DNA of 64,000 nt from Octopus sinensis (Eukaryota): NCBI RefSeq assembly GCF_006345805.1, contig NC_043001.1, positions 90,644,001 to 90,708,000 of the forward strand, read 5' to 3'. Below the pieces are notes generated by a model. It saw only the letters and a list, made by a program, of their open reading frames with translations, did no database searches and had not been told where the DNA came from. Positions 37,494-49,800 of the stretch are shown here, one piece after another (within the stretch, counting starts at the first letter, position 1; every line of letters starts with the position of its first letter). The translations under genes and the position numbers were made by a program.

Positions 37494-38134
37494 TACACAG
37501 AGAGAGAAAAACACAGAAAGAAGGAGAGAAAAAAAATGCGTGCAGTAGCTAACGAATCAACATGGCGATCTGATTTCGGCCAGAGGTCAAAGATCAAACA
37601 TGAGACGCGAGAGCGAAATAAGGGGAGATAATAGGGTTGATAAATGGGTTGAGGGACCAGCTAAAAGTGCGTGGGAGGGGTCTGGATGTGTGTATGTATA
37701 GGGTTGGTGTATGTATTAGTATGTATAAGGGTGTGTGTGTGTGTGTGTGTGTGTATGAGAGAGTATTAGTGCGTAAGATTGGTCTGGACGTGCGTATGTA
37801 TGGGGTTGGTGTATGTATTAGTATGTATTAGTATGTATTAGTACGTATTGGTATGTATAGGTGTGTGTGTGTGTGTGAGAGAGAGTATAAGTGCGTATGC
37901 GGGGTCTGGACGTGTGTATGTATAGGGTTGGTGTAAGTATTAGTATGTACTAGTATGTATTAGTACGTATTAGTATGTATTAGTTGGTGTGTGTATTAGT
38001 ATGGCACATCATATGTGATGTGATGTGTAAAGTCATGTGGTGTAGTGAGGAGAAGAGGGGGACGGGGAGAAGAGGGGGAGGGGGAGAAGAGGGGGGAGAG
38101 AAAGGGAGGGGAAGAAGAGATATATATATATATA

Positions 38135-38880
38135 CTTGAGAACTACACAACCAATTTCATTCAAATTTTACACATGCCTTACTTAGGGTCCATGTAGTAT
38201 CATAGGCAAAAAAATTTCTAACTTCTTGCCTGGGGCGAGCCAACAGCAATATCATATCTTCTCCACTATTTCAGTCTATAAAGAACTTCATGTGATGTGT
38301 GAATATCCTCGTGCACTTTTGGGGTGCACAAAGCAATCACTATTTCATTCGTTAATTATCCAGAATCTCTACTAGTCAGAAACAACAGGACGCAGACGTA
38401 AAATATACATATAACTACTTTATTCTCTTTCTTGGTAAACAATAACAATAACTGTGTTATCTGATGTCCTTGATTCTGGGCGCGCAAGGCTGAAAGTTAA
38501 TAGATTGTAATATTTACAATCTTCAGCCCAAAACAGAAAGGGGTCAAGATGGCGTCGAACAATGGAGACGATGTTGGTCTGCAACAATTTTGGTTAAAAG
38601 TCTTCGGCCAAAGGACTGCTAGAATCAGTTCGAACGGAGAGAAAATATGCGTGACCGTCGCCGTCAATCGCTGGGTCCCAAGTCATTGGCTGCTGCTGCT
38701 AGCGGTCAAACGTTCTACGACCCCCTTGCCTCGCTAACTGCTACGTAGGCAATAGGGTCGTGCTACCGGTGGTTCGCGCATGCGCGAGAGGGGCCTTCCT
38801 TTCTGTGCCTTGGTAAAGGCACCAACACGCGCGAAATACAAATGGGCGGTGCGCGAGCGCGCGCCGTTGTCGGATCACTA
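38135..38880 (+). mobile_element. Possible non-autonomous Helitron-like element
   Basis: Between (TA)n tracts; 3' GC hairpin CGGTGCGC-GAGC-GCGCGCCG followed about 12 nt later by CTAC (canonical end is CTRR). Confidence 0.4.
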
Positions 38881-38938
38881 CAAGTCTTATGTATTAAAAG
38901 TGAAACAAAAACATCTCTATTGTATGTATATGGATGTG

Positions 38939-39016
<78 letters not shown>

Positions 39017-39204
39017 ATATATAGTTGTATATGTATACATGGATTTCTATAGATATACATGTATGTATAGATGTATATATATATAGATGTACATGTAATA
39101 TGCACACATATATATACACACATATATATGCATACATATATACACCCATACACACATACACACACCGATCCACCCCCACCACACACACACATACATAGGT
39201 ACAG

Positions 39205-39576
39205 GTGTGGCTGTGTGGTAACAAACTTGGTTCCAAAACACATGGTCCTCAGTTCAGTTCCACTGTGTGGTAACTTGGCATGTGTCTTCTGCTATAGCCT
39301 GAGACCAACCAAAGCCTTGTCAGTGGATTTTGTAGACAGAAACTAAAAGAAATCAATTGTATGTATATGTATGTATATATGTAAGTCTATGTGTGTGTTT
39401 TTGTGTTTCTCCCTCATCACTGCTTCACAACTGTTCGTTTATTTACATCCCCATAACTTACTGGTTTCACAAGAAGAAACTGATAGAATAAGTACCAGAT
39501 TTATCAAAATATAAAAAAGCACTACGCAGTGTCTCATATTTTTGTTTGCCCACTCAGTTGTATCTACCAATTTATC

Positions 39577-39670
<94 letters not shown>

Positions 39671-39759
39671 CATACATATATATATATGTGGATTTCGTAG
39701 ACAGGAACTGAAACAAATCAATCGTATATATATGTATGTATATATGTAAGTGTATGTGT
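39205..39759 (+). mobile_element. SINE family 2 with internal microsatellites and tandem partial duplication
   Basis: tRNA-like head GGCTGTGTGGTAA...GTTCAGTTCCACTG; body continues at 42641-42900 after the RTE insertion. Confidence 0.7.
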
Positions 39760-42640
39760 TTTGGTATTGGTAACATGAATGACAATGGTCAGAGACTACT
39801 TGAATTTTGCACATACCATAACCTGTGCATCACTAACACATTCTTTGCCAACAAGACATCCCACAAGGCATCTTGGAGACATCCAAGATCTCACCACTGG
39901 CATCAGCTGGATCTCATCATTACACGAAGATCCTTTCTGAATTCTGTTCAACTGACCCGTAGTTACCACAGCGCGGATTGTGACACAGATCATTCACTAA
40001 TAAGAAGCAGGGTGAAGATTCTGCCTAAAAAAGTCCATCAATCCCAGAAAATGGGCCGACCACTTCCAGAACCTCGGACCCTACACTGCGACAATGTTTT
40101 GCTGTTTCTATCAAGGTTGTCCTCAGTAGCTGCCCAATCTCCTCTGCTGAAAGTAGGTGGAATTATATCAGGGAAGCTTTGTATACCACATCAATAGATA
40201 CTTTCGGCATGAGAGAAAGGTAAAACCCAGATTGGTTCAATGCTGAGCTCTCAGAGCAGGAAACAGTTATCGAAGCAAAGCGTGCAGCTCTGATGCAATA
40301 CAAGAGTGATTCTTCTACAAAGTCACTCGAAGAACTCAGAAAGGCAAGAAATAAAACCCAACTGACTGCTAGACGTTGTGCAAATAGGTATTGGCAGGAA
40401 ATCTGTCAGAGTATCCAGTCAGCTGCTGACAGTGGCGATACCCGTGAGATGTATGCCGGTTTGAAGAAGGCCCTCGGTCCATCCGCAACCAAGTCAGCCC
40501 CTCTGAAATCAACTACTGGGGATCTCATCAAGGACCAAAGCAAGCAAATGGATACATGGGTGGAGTACTACCAGGTTCTCTACTCACGAGAGACCACGGT
40601 AGCCGAGGCTGCAATAGAGGGTATCAAGATCTTGCCAGTCATGTGTGAACTTGGCAGTCTGCCATCTATAGCAGAGCTCACCAAGTCTATTGACTCCCTA
40701 GCAAGTAACAAGGCTCCGGAAAAAGACGGCATCCCCTTAGAGATCATCAAAACCGGCAAAAACACCATCCTGCTTCGGCACATTCATGAGCTTCTGTGTC
40801 AGTGCTGGGAAGACGGTACAGTCCCTCAGGATATGGGGTATGCTAACATCATTACGCTGTACAAAAACAAAGGTGACCGTGGTGATTGTAACAATTACCG
40901 TGGAATATCTCTTCTAAGCACTGTTGGAAAGGCCTCTGCTCGCATACTCAACGGAGAGCTTGCTAGGGGCACTAGGTCTGTGGGAAGACCGTTCTTACGA
41001 TACAAGGATATTTGCAAAAGGGACATGAATGCCTGCAACATCAATATTAGCAGTTGCCAGCAACCGTGGAGATTGGCGACGTACCGTAAAAGAAACACAA
41101 AGGAGTGACATAGAGAGAGAGGAGAAATGGAAAGACAAGAAAAGGGTCCAGGCTGCAACTGCTTGCTTCTCGAATTTATCTAGAATCGCAGTGTGGCTTT
41201 AGAAGAAGCAGATCAACTATTGACATGATATTCTCCATACGCCAACTTCAGGAGAAGTCCAGAGAGCAGAAAATGCCATTATATATGGCCTTCATTGATC
41301 TGACAAAGGCCTTTGACTTGGTAAGTAGAGAAGGCCTCTTCATCCTGCTCCAAAAAATCGGATGTCCACCAAAGCTGCTGATGATCAAATCTTTCCATGA
41401 TGATATGCAAGGCACCATACAGCACAATGGTTCAACATCAGCCGCCTTCCAAATAAAAAATGGGGTAAAGCAAGGTTGTGTCCTTGCTCCTACAATATTT
41501 GGCATCTTCTCGCTGCTGCTGTCACATGCCTTTGAGACATCAGATGATAGAGTGTTTCTGCACAGTAGAAGTGATGGGAAACTGTTCAATCTCTCGCGTC
41601 TGCGTGCCTAGACCAAAATCAGAAGCGTCCTGATCAAGGAGATGCTATTTGCTGATGATGCCACTCTGGTATCACACGCAGAAGAAACCCTGCAAAGGGT
41701 CATCAACTGTTTTGAGCACGTATGTGGCACCTTTGGCTTAGTTATCAGCCTCAACAAGACCAACATCATGGGCCAGGCTACATCGGACATCCCAAACATA
41801 CATATTGGAGACCACAGACTACAGGAGGTGAAGAAGTTTACCTATCTTGGCTCTACCGTCACCTACAACCTATCCCTTAATGCTGAGCTCAATATATGCA
41901 TTGGCAAGGCAACTGCTGTGATGGCCCAACTCTCCAAACGGACATGGGACAACAATAAGCTGACCAAGACCACAAAAATGAAGATTTACCAGGCATGTGT
42001 ACTTAGCACTCTACTGTATGGAAGTGAAACTTGGACGCCATACGTCGCCTAAATATCTTTCACCTGCGCTGCCTCCGGAAAATCCTTCGCATCAAATGGC
42101 AGAATCATGTCTCCAACAAAGATGACCTCAAGCAAGCAGGAATACCAAGCATGTTTGCACTCCTCACACAAAGACGTATGAGATGGCTTGGACATGTTAA
42201 CCGTATGGAATATGGCAGAATTCCCAAGGACATACTCAACGGAGAGCTTGCTAGGGGCACTAGGTCTGTGGGAAGACCGTTCTTACGATACAAGGATGTT
42301 TGCAAAAGGGACATGAATGCCTGCAACATCAATATTAGCAGTTGCCAGCAACCGTGGAGATTGGCGACGTACCGTAAAAGAAGAAACACAAAGGAGTGAC
42401 ATAGAGAGAGAGGAGAAATGGAAAGACAAGAAAAGACGTCAACAAGAAACTATGAGATCACAACCAGCCAAGCAAAGTCTTCGCTACATTTGCGGCACCT
42501 GCCAGAGGGAGTGTTTGTCCAGGATAGGACTACACAGCCACAGCAGGAGATGTATTAGGACATGAAATGTAAAAGCCGGACTAGATTATTTTATGCATAA
42601 CTCCATTGTCTCCCAAGACAAAAAGGATGCCAACAACAAT
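39760..42640 (+). mobile_element. RTE (BovB-like) LINE, 5'-truncated, degenerate
   Basis: EN end NGQRLLEF..ITNTFF..SWRHPRSHHWHQLDLII; RT NYRGISLLS, ESQCGFR, FIDLTKAFD, GVKQGCVLAP, LFADD; C-terminal CGTCQRECLSRIGLHSH; tail CAACAACAA. Confidence 0.9.
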
Positions 42641-42979
42641 ATATATGGATTTGGAAGACAGGAACTGAAACAAATCAATCGTATATATATGTATGTATAC
42701 ATGCAAGTGTATGTGTGCGTCTTTGTCTCTGTGTTTCGCCCTCATCACTGCTTAACAATTGCTGTTCATTTATTTACATCCACATAACTTACTGGTTTCA
42801 CAAGAACAAACTAATAGAATAAGTACTAGGCTTATCAACATAAAAAAACACTAGGCTGTGTCTCATATTTTTGTTTGCGCACTCATTTGTATCTATCAAT
42901 TTATCTTTGTATGTGTGTGTATATATCTATATCTATATCTATATCTATCTATCTATCTATCTATCTATCTACCTATCTA

Positions 42980-43080
<101 letters not shown>

Positions 43081-44222
43081 TACATATATAAAATACCTTA
43101 ACTCCCAAATTTTAGTCATTTCTTTTATGGTCCAAAACTAGGTCAAAAGTACTGAATGGATCTTTATGAAATTTGGAAACTATATTCTATGCATAAGGGC
43201 CATAAGCCCCATGACAATTCATATATTTTTGCTGTTGATGAAATTTTAACCATAGATATTAGACACGAAGTAATATTTATAAAATTTCATCTTCTTACAA
43301 AGTTAGAAAGACCCCTCCATGGGGACTTAACACCCACAATTTTATCATTTTATCTAAGCAAAGACGAATACAGTTGTGCTCTTGGAAGCTGTAGGGTTAC
43401 CCGAGCATAAAAGTTGGGAATTATTTCTAATTGAATGGTACAACAGTGTAACAGTTTGCTTTGACATACACTTACATTGTGATTTCTGCAATGTGGTGCA
43501 TAAATTGTCAAGTAAATGAGAGGCATATTTGCCTCCACTGATTCAGTTGCAAAGTGTTGAGTAAAGTTATTTGATTGCAGACCTCCTTTCAGTCTTTTTA
43601 TTATCACTCGGTCACACATAGTCTCCAGATGGTAACATTGATTTCAAGGCCTTCCCAGATAAGTGACTGGTTATTCAAAGACATTTATAGATTTTAAATT
43701 TATTCTGTCCAGTTACGTATCAGTATAGTGGTCATTTGCAAACTCCAGAGGTGACACTTCAATTTATCCTTAGCCCTCACGTCACACAGTTGTTAGTGTT
43801 GATTTCAGTTGGGTCACGCCCTTCCAATTGCTATAGATTCGTAATGCATCTTACGGCTGTGCCTGTCACCTGGATGGTGAAGAATCCTACATTGGGAGTG
43901 GTAACGACTAGGGTAGGGTACCTGACTGCTTATTGTGATCATTCGTCTTTTGGTTTCCTGTAGCTTTGCTCTCTTTTACAAACCCAGTGAACATATATTT
44001 CCTCTTTCAAAGAAATTCAAACAATAGATATAAGACCCGAGTTTAAAATATTTTCAACAATTCAACTTCTCTGGTTGACATTAAGATGCCCACCCCCAAC
44101 AGGGGACTTAACTCTCACATTTTAGAGCTCCATGACCTTCATTTTTCAGGAGCAAAATCTTTTTAACAGGTTCAGTAAGACTGGAATCTTGGAATATGCG
44201 CATAAAAATCAGTAGTATGAAA

Positions 44223-44752
44223 ATCAAAGTGACACTGGGGTAAAATATACGAAGCACATTATACCCATCATTACTACCCATCTGATAAGGGTACACCAGT
44301 CACACGCATCACAACGATATGTGCGCGACAGGGTGATCTCATCAAGATAAACAACGCATGACCTTGCAGTTGGGGCCCAGTTAGAATTTTCTTCAGGTTG
44401 AGTAGCCCATCCCGCTCAAAAGGTCTCTGAATAGGATTGTTCAAGGATGTTGAACGAAACACCCATGTTTTCAGAGGTGAACTATCCAAACCTCTAAGAA
44501 TTCCTTTCAACACATGGCTATGATGCTCCCCCACTTCTTCTGCTCGTGATCAGAGGTGCACATATCGTCAGCCACTAAGGCACATGCTCAACTGGTTAAG
44601 GTCAAACAACGGACAAGCAAATCTGTGGTATTGAGCAGAATATTTGCTGTAGCCCATCTTTTATAGCAAGACAAAACAATGTACATGATAACTCTGCCAA
44701 TCAGTTAAGATCAGAAGCCATGAGCGCAACTGTCTGGCACTGCATCAGTATA
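44223..44752. mobile_element. Second copy of the ~556-bp (ATT)n-associated element
   Basis: Collinear with 13108-13642; followed by ATT-type repeats. Confidence 0.8.
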
Positions 44753-44774
44753 TTTATTATTATCATTATTATCA

Positions 44775-45375
44775 TGGCGACGAGGTAACAGAATCGTTAG
44801 CACGCCGGGCGGACGAAAAGCTTAGCAACATTTCGTCTGTCTTTATGTTCTAAGTTCAAATTCCGCCTAGAGCGACTTCGCCTTTCATCCTTTCGGTGTC
44901 GATAAATTAAGCACCAGTGAAACACTGCGGTCGATGTAATCGACTTAATCCGTTTGTCTGTCCTTGTTTGTCCCTTCTGTATTTAGCGTCTTGTGGGTAG
45001 TAAAGAAATAGGTATTTCGTATGCCGTTACGTTCTGAGTTCAAATTCCGCCGAGGTCGACTTTGCCTTTCATCCTTTCGGGGTCGATAAATTAAGTACCA
45101 GTTACGCACTGGGGTCGTTATAATCGTCTTAATCCGTTTATCTGTCCTTGTTTGTCCTCTCTGTGTTTAGTCCCTTGTGGGCAGTAAAGAAATAGGTATT
45201 TTGTCCGTCCTTACGTTCTGAGTTTAAATTCCGCCGTGGTCGACTTTGTCTTTCATCCTTTTGAGGTTGATAAAATAAGTACTAGTCAAGCACTGGGGTC
45301 GATGTAATCGACTAACCCCTCCTCCAAAATTTCAGGCCTTCTGTCTAAAATAGAAAGGATTACTATTATTATTAT
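44775..45375 (+). mobile_element. SINE family 1 trimer
   Basis: Three bodies, two Tx1-like tails, final end GGCCTTCTG...AAAGGATTACTATTATT. Confidence 0.82.
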
Positions 45376-45616
45376 TATACACACTGTGAAGTATATATTA
45401 TACCTATTGTATTATACTTTAGGTTTTCGAAGTGTTCCTGTTTTTGATAAATTGAAGTTTTTTACCGATGTGTGTTTAGTTAACTTAATACTACACCAGC
45501 TAGGCTTCGACATGAAATACTAACGAGATGATAGTCTGGGTTATAATTATCTCCTCAACTTTTAATATAATATAATATGTGTGTGTACATATATATACAT
45601 GTAATATACATGTAGA

Positions 45617-45693
<77 letters not shown>

Positions 45694-45699
45694 TTATAG

Positions 45700-46003
45700 G
45701 ATAGGAGCACTCCGTCGGTTACAACGACGAGGGTCGCAGCTGATACGATCAACGGAACAGCCTGCTCATGAAATTAACGTGCAAGTGACTGAGCAATCCA
45801 CAGACACGCGTACCCCTAATGTTGTTCTCAGGGAGATTCAGCGTGACACAGAGTTTGACAAGGCCGGCCCTTTGAAATACAAGTACAACTCATTTTTGCC
45901 AGCTGAGTGGACTGGAGCAACGTGAAATAAAGGACTCAACGCGTCGCCGGGAATCGAACTCACGACCTTATAATCGTGAACCGAATGCCCTAACCACGCG
46001 CCT
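45700..46003 (-). mobile_element. tRNA-derived SINE (family 3)
   Basis: Head GGCGCGTGGTTAGGGCATTCGG...GAGTTCGATTCCC; degenerate relative at about 61985-62170. Confidence 0.7.
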
Positions 46004-46029
46004 TCACTATATACATATAAATACACACA

Positions 46030-46157
<128 letters not shown>

Positions 46158-46691
46158 ATATATATTCTTAAACACTCACACACACGCATATAGGTTTCCG
46201 GTAAGACCTTCTTCCCAACCTCCCAGCAATCTTGGAGCCCCTAAACGAAACTTGACCACTCCCTTCTCACCTGACTAAAAGATTAAAGAAAAAAACTGCA
46301 TAAACAAGTTTTGCCAGTTTGCAGTGTTTTCTTCAAAGAAAAATTTTGCAGACGTCTTAGATGTTGGAAATTAGTCTCAACCGGGGATCGAAACCAATGT
46401 GAGTAGTAAACATTCTGAAAGTGTATCTCTTGCTTTATGGTTCTCACTACAATATAGATCACAATCTTAGCAACAGTGAAATACACAATTTAAGACGAAA
46501 TCCAGCTGGGGAATATAATGTTTCAGTTATACAACAACTGTACACTATAAAGTTACACATTGTTAAGAACAGTCTTCAAAAGAACAATTCTATGATAACA
46601 ATCTATCCTTTTGCAAAAGTTCTTCGATATATGGTTTTGGCTCTGTAGATAATGTCATATGTCATAATTATGATGTATTGTCTAAAAGACC

Positions 46692-46774
46692 AACACGTGT
46701 TATAAACACAGTTATTGCCAACAAAGCATTACTGAAATTGCTATAAAAGGGGAGCATTTCAGATTTCATCAGTG
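46692..46774 (+). promoter_or_regulatory. Core promoter of Hc gene 2: palindromic E-box AACACGTGTT (46692-46701), TATAAAA (46742-46748), Inr TCAGTG (+1 about 46771)
   Basis: TATA-to-Inr spacing of 29 nt; 44 nt from the predicted +1 to ATG. Confidence 0.75.
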
Positions 46775-46814
46775 TTGCCTTCAGCTGAAGTCTGAACACT
46801 GACTTGAAGAAGCC

Positions 46815-46853
46815 ATGATGAAGATTCCTTGTCTCTTTGCGATCGTCTTCGCC
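46815..46853 (+). CDS. Hc: Hc gene 2 exon 1: signal peptide MMKIPCLFAIVFA
   Basis: GCC ATG ATG context, hydrophobic, donor GCC|gtaagt, just downstream of TATA/Inr. Confidence 0.85.
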
Positions 46854-49800
46854 GTAAGTTAAACATAATTCTTTAACTTTCCATGTACGTGTCGAAATTA
46901 TCAACATTTCTTTCTTAATATTTTGCACATTGAAAGCAGCGAGTTGGCAGAATCGTTAGTACTCTGGGCAAAATGCTTAGCGACATTCTGTCCTTCTTTA
47001 TGTTCTGAGCTCGAATCACACGGAGGCTTATTTTGCCTTTCATCCTTTCGGCGTCGATAGAATAAGTACCACTTCAACAATGTGGTCGATGTAACCGACT
47101 TAACCGCTCTTCCGAAATTGCTGGCCTTGTGCCAAAATTTGAAACCAGTATTATTCTACTGTTAGGCCGCGAGCTGGCAGAATCACCACCGTACTTGGCT
47201 AAATACTAAGCAGCTTTCTCAAATTTCGTCCGTTTTTACGTTCTGAGTTCAAATCCCGCACATGTCAACTTTCATCCTTTCCAGGTCGATAAACACCGAG
47301 GTCTATCCAATCTACTTGCCACCTCCCCTGAAATTGCTGGCCTTGTGCCAAAATTTGAAATCAATATTTTGCACACTGAAGGCAGCGAGTTGACAGAATC
47401 GTAAGCACGCGGCGAGCTGGCAGAATCGTTAGCACGCCGGGCGAAATGCTTAGCGGTAATTCCGCTGCCGCTACGTTCTGAATTCAAATTTCGCCGAGGT
47501 CGACTTTGCCTTTCATCCTTTCGGGGTCGATTAAATAAGTACCAGTAACGCACTGGGGTCGATATAATCGACTTAATCCGTTTGGCTGTCCTTGTTCGTC
47601 CCCTCTGTGTTTAGCTCCTTGTGAGTAGTAAAGAAATAGGTATTTCGCCTGCACCTACGTTCTGAGTTTAAATTATGCCGAGGTCGACATTGCCTTTCAT
47701 CCTTTCGGGGTCGATAAATTAAGTACCAGTTACGCACTGGGGTCGATGTAATCGACTTAATCACTTTGTCTGTCCTTGTTTGTCCCCTCTTGTGGGCAAT
47801 AAAGAAATAAGAATCTTAAGCACGTCGGGCAAAATGCTTAGTGGTATTTCGTCCGCCTTTACATACGGAGTTCAAATTCCACCGAGGTTGACTTTGCTTT
47901 TCATGCTTTCGACGTCAATAAAATAAGTTCTAATTGAAAACTGGGGTCGATATAATCAACTTATCCATGAAATTGCTGCCTTGTGCCAACATTTGAAACT
48001 AATACTTTGCACATTGCAGGTCAGCGAATTGGCATAATCTTTAGTGTCTGATAAAATACCATCGATATTTCTTCTGGTTCTTAACTTTCTGAGTTAAGTC
48101 CCAATTAACCTTGCATTTCGTCATTTCGAAATCGATAAAAGAACTGGGAATGGCTGTACAAACGAAACCCTTCCCTCAAAATTCTGGTGTAGTTCCTTTA
48201 TTAGAAATCATTAAATTGTAAATGCTAGAAATAAGGATTTGCACATTTCTATTGCTTTGTCTTCTCAATTCATACTTGATGAAATTTTTAAATGTCTTAA
48301 ATCTAAATATGACCGAAAATATATTTCTATTTTTGTTGTTTATTTTAGTTCTGGCTTTGCGGACACATCGCAGAAGGTATTAAATATTTCCCTTTTATAT
48401 ATTATAATTGTCATATTGTTATTTGATATGCAAGCAATAAGAAGAGGGACCAGTTAGTTTGGCTAAATATTGACATGTAAATTTCTCAAAATATACTACA
48501 TAAAGAGGTGTTTTGGTCAGAGTGTGTCATGTTTGAATCCGTTAAATCTAAAACTATGACTGCTATTATAGTAAAGAAAGAAATCACTATTCACTCCGCT
48601 AAGCTGACTTTAACATAGATGTTATACTTCATTGCTCACATTTTCGAATCACAAATATATCATCGAAGTTCTGATACAAAACTATATCGCTTGGTAACAG
48701 TAACGAGCTGCATGTACAGTTATATAAGATATAAGTACAATGGGACCTGAATGAAACGCGTCGACCAAAGATTATTTGTTCCACAGAATATCATTCGAGA
48801 CACAACTAGTAATGAAGAGAAATCTCTATTGATATGAACCACACAGGCAGTACTAAATATCTGAAGTTGTCCCAAACTTCTTACGGTCTCGATCTAAGTA
48901 AATGCATACATTACAGTGAATTGTTTTGATAGAGCACAAAGCAGTTATTGCTCTAATCTTGCTTTGGAAATGATATTTAGATATTTTACAAACAAAAGAA
49001 GTACATATATTTTAAACTACGGTGCGTATCAGAATAGTTATCAATCATTTGAGATTCATATTAAGGAATTCTTTGAGTTTTTTTTTTTAAGAGTCATAAA
49101 AGACAACTACTGTTCTACAGGATAATTCTATTTTAGTTCAAATGTAGAACTTATTGCGTGTTTGTAACACAAAAATATGCAAACTTTGACTGACAGAGAA
49201 AATAAAAATTGCCTCAATGTAAGATTTGCAGATGAAATTGTATGTAAAGGATATTACTCAAATATATTTACACACGTAAACTCATTTCTGCACTTAACAA
49301 ATGGCATCCTTGAAATCTCATTCGAATTATCTGCCATCAGGATTCTGCAGAGTTTAAGATTATGCTGATAACGTTCACTGAGTAATTTATAACTATGTTT
49401 ATGGAAGCAGAGACAAAGGTTCTAAATATACCCTAAATTGAGTGAATAATAAATTACAGTGATTATAAAATTCCTTTCTTATATTGCTAAAAGAACAAAA
49501 AAAGTGAAAAAACAGGAGGGTTCAGATATGTAACTAGATACTTCATTGTATTAGATGTGGCAGTCTACACCTTCAGCCACTTCAACAATATTTAGATAAA
49601 AGATAATACTAATTATATTTTTTATTTCTAACCATTTCAGGTAATTTAATCCGTAAGAGTGTGGAAACACTAACAGAAGATGAAGTTCTCAACCTACAGG
49701 TAGCTCTCCGTGCCATGCAGGATGATGCATCTCCAACTGGTTACCAGGCCATCGCAGCCTACCATGGTGAGCCAGCTGACTGTAAGGCACCAGATGGAAG

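Larger units (their letters stand above)
32857..38120 (-). mobile_element. Penelope-like element with direct terminal repeats, inserted in (TA)n
   Basis: Direct repeats about 32857-33620 and 37354-38120 (offset 4497); RT KPADKGG, LFTMDIQSLYT, AMGTRMGPNYANLF, RYIDD; linker CSRPRCRTC; GIY-YIG IYCISC...YIGQTGRRLADRFAEH. Confidence 0.93.

Noticed and set aside
38763-39814. ORFs rich in Y/I/C/V/H/T (also 42858-43141 and 45555-46189)
   Set aside because: (TA)n, (CA)n and (TG)n microsatellite translations.
43097-44130. Recurring CTTAAC.C.CA.A.TTTT motif, possibly Helitron/DINE-like
   Set aside because: Too degenerate to define ends.
45935-46003. tRNA gene
   Set aside because: A tRNA-like head with an incomplete cloverleaf, continuous with a SINE body.
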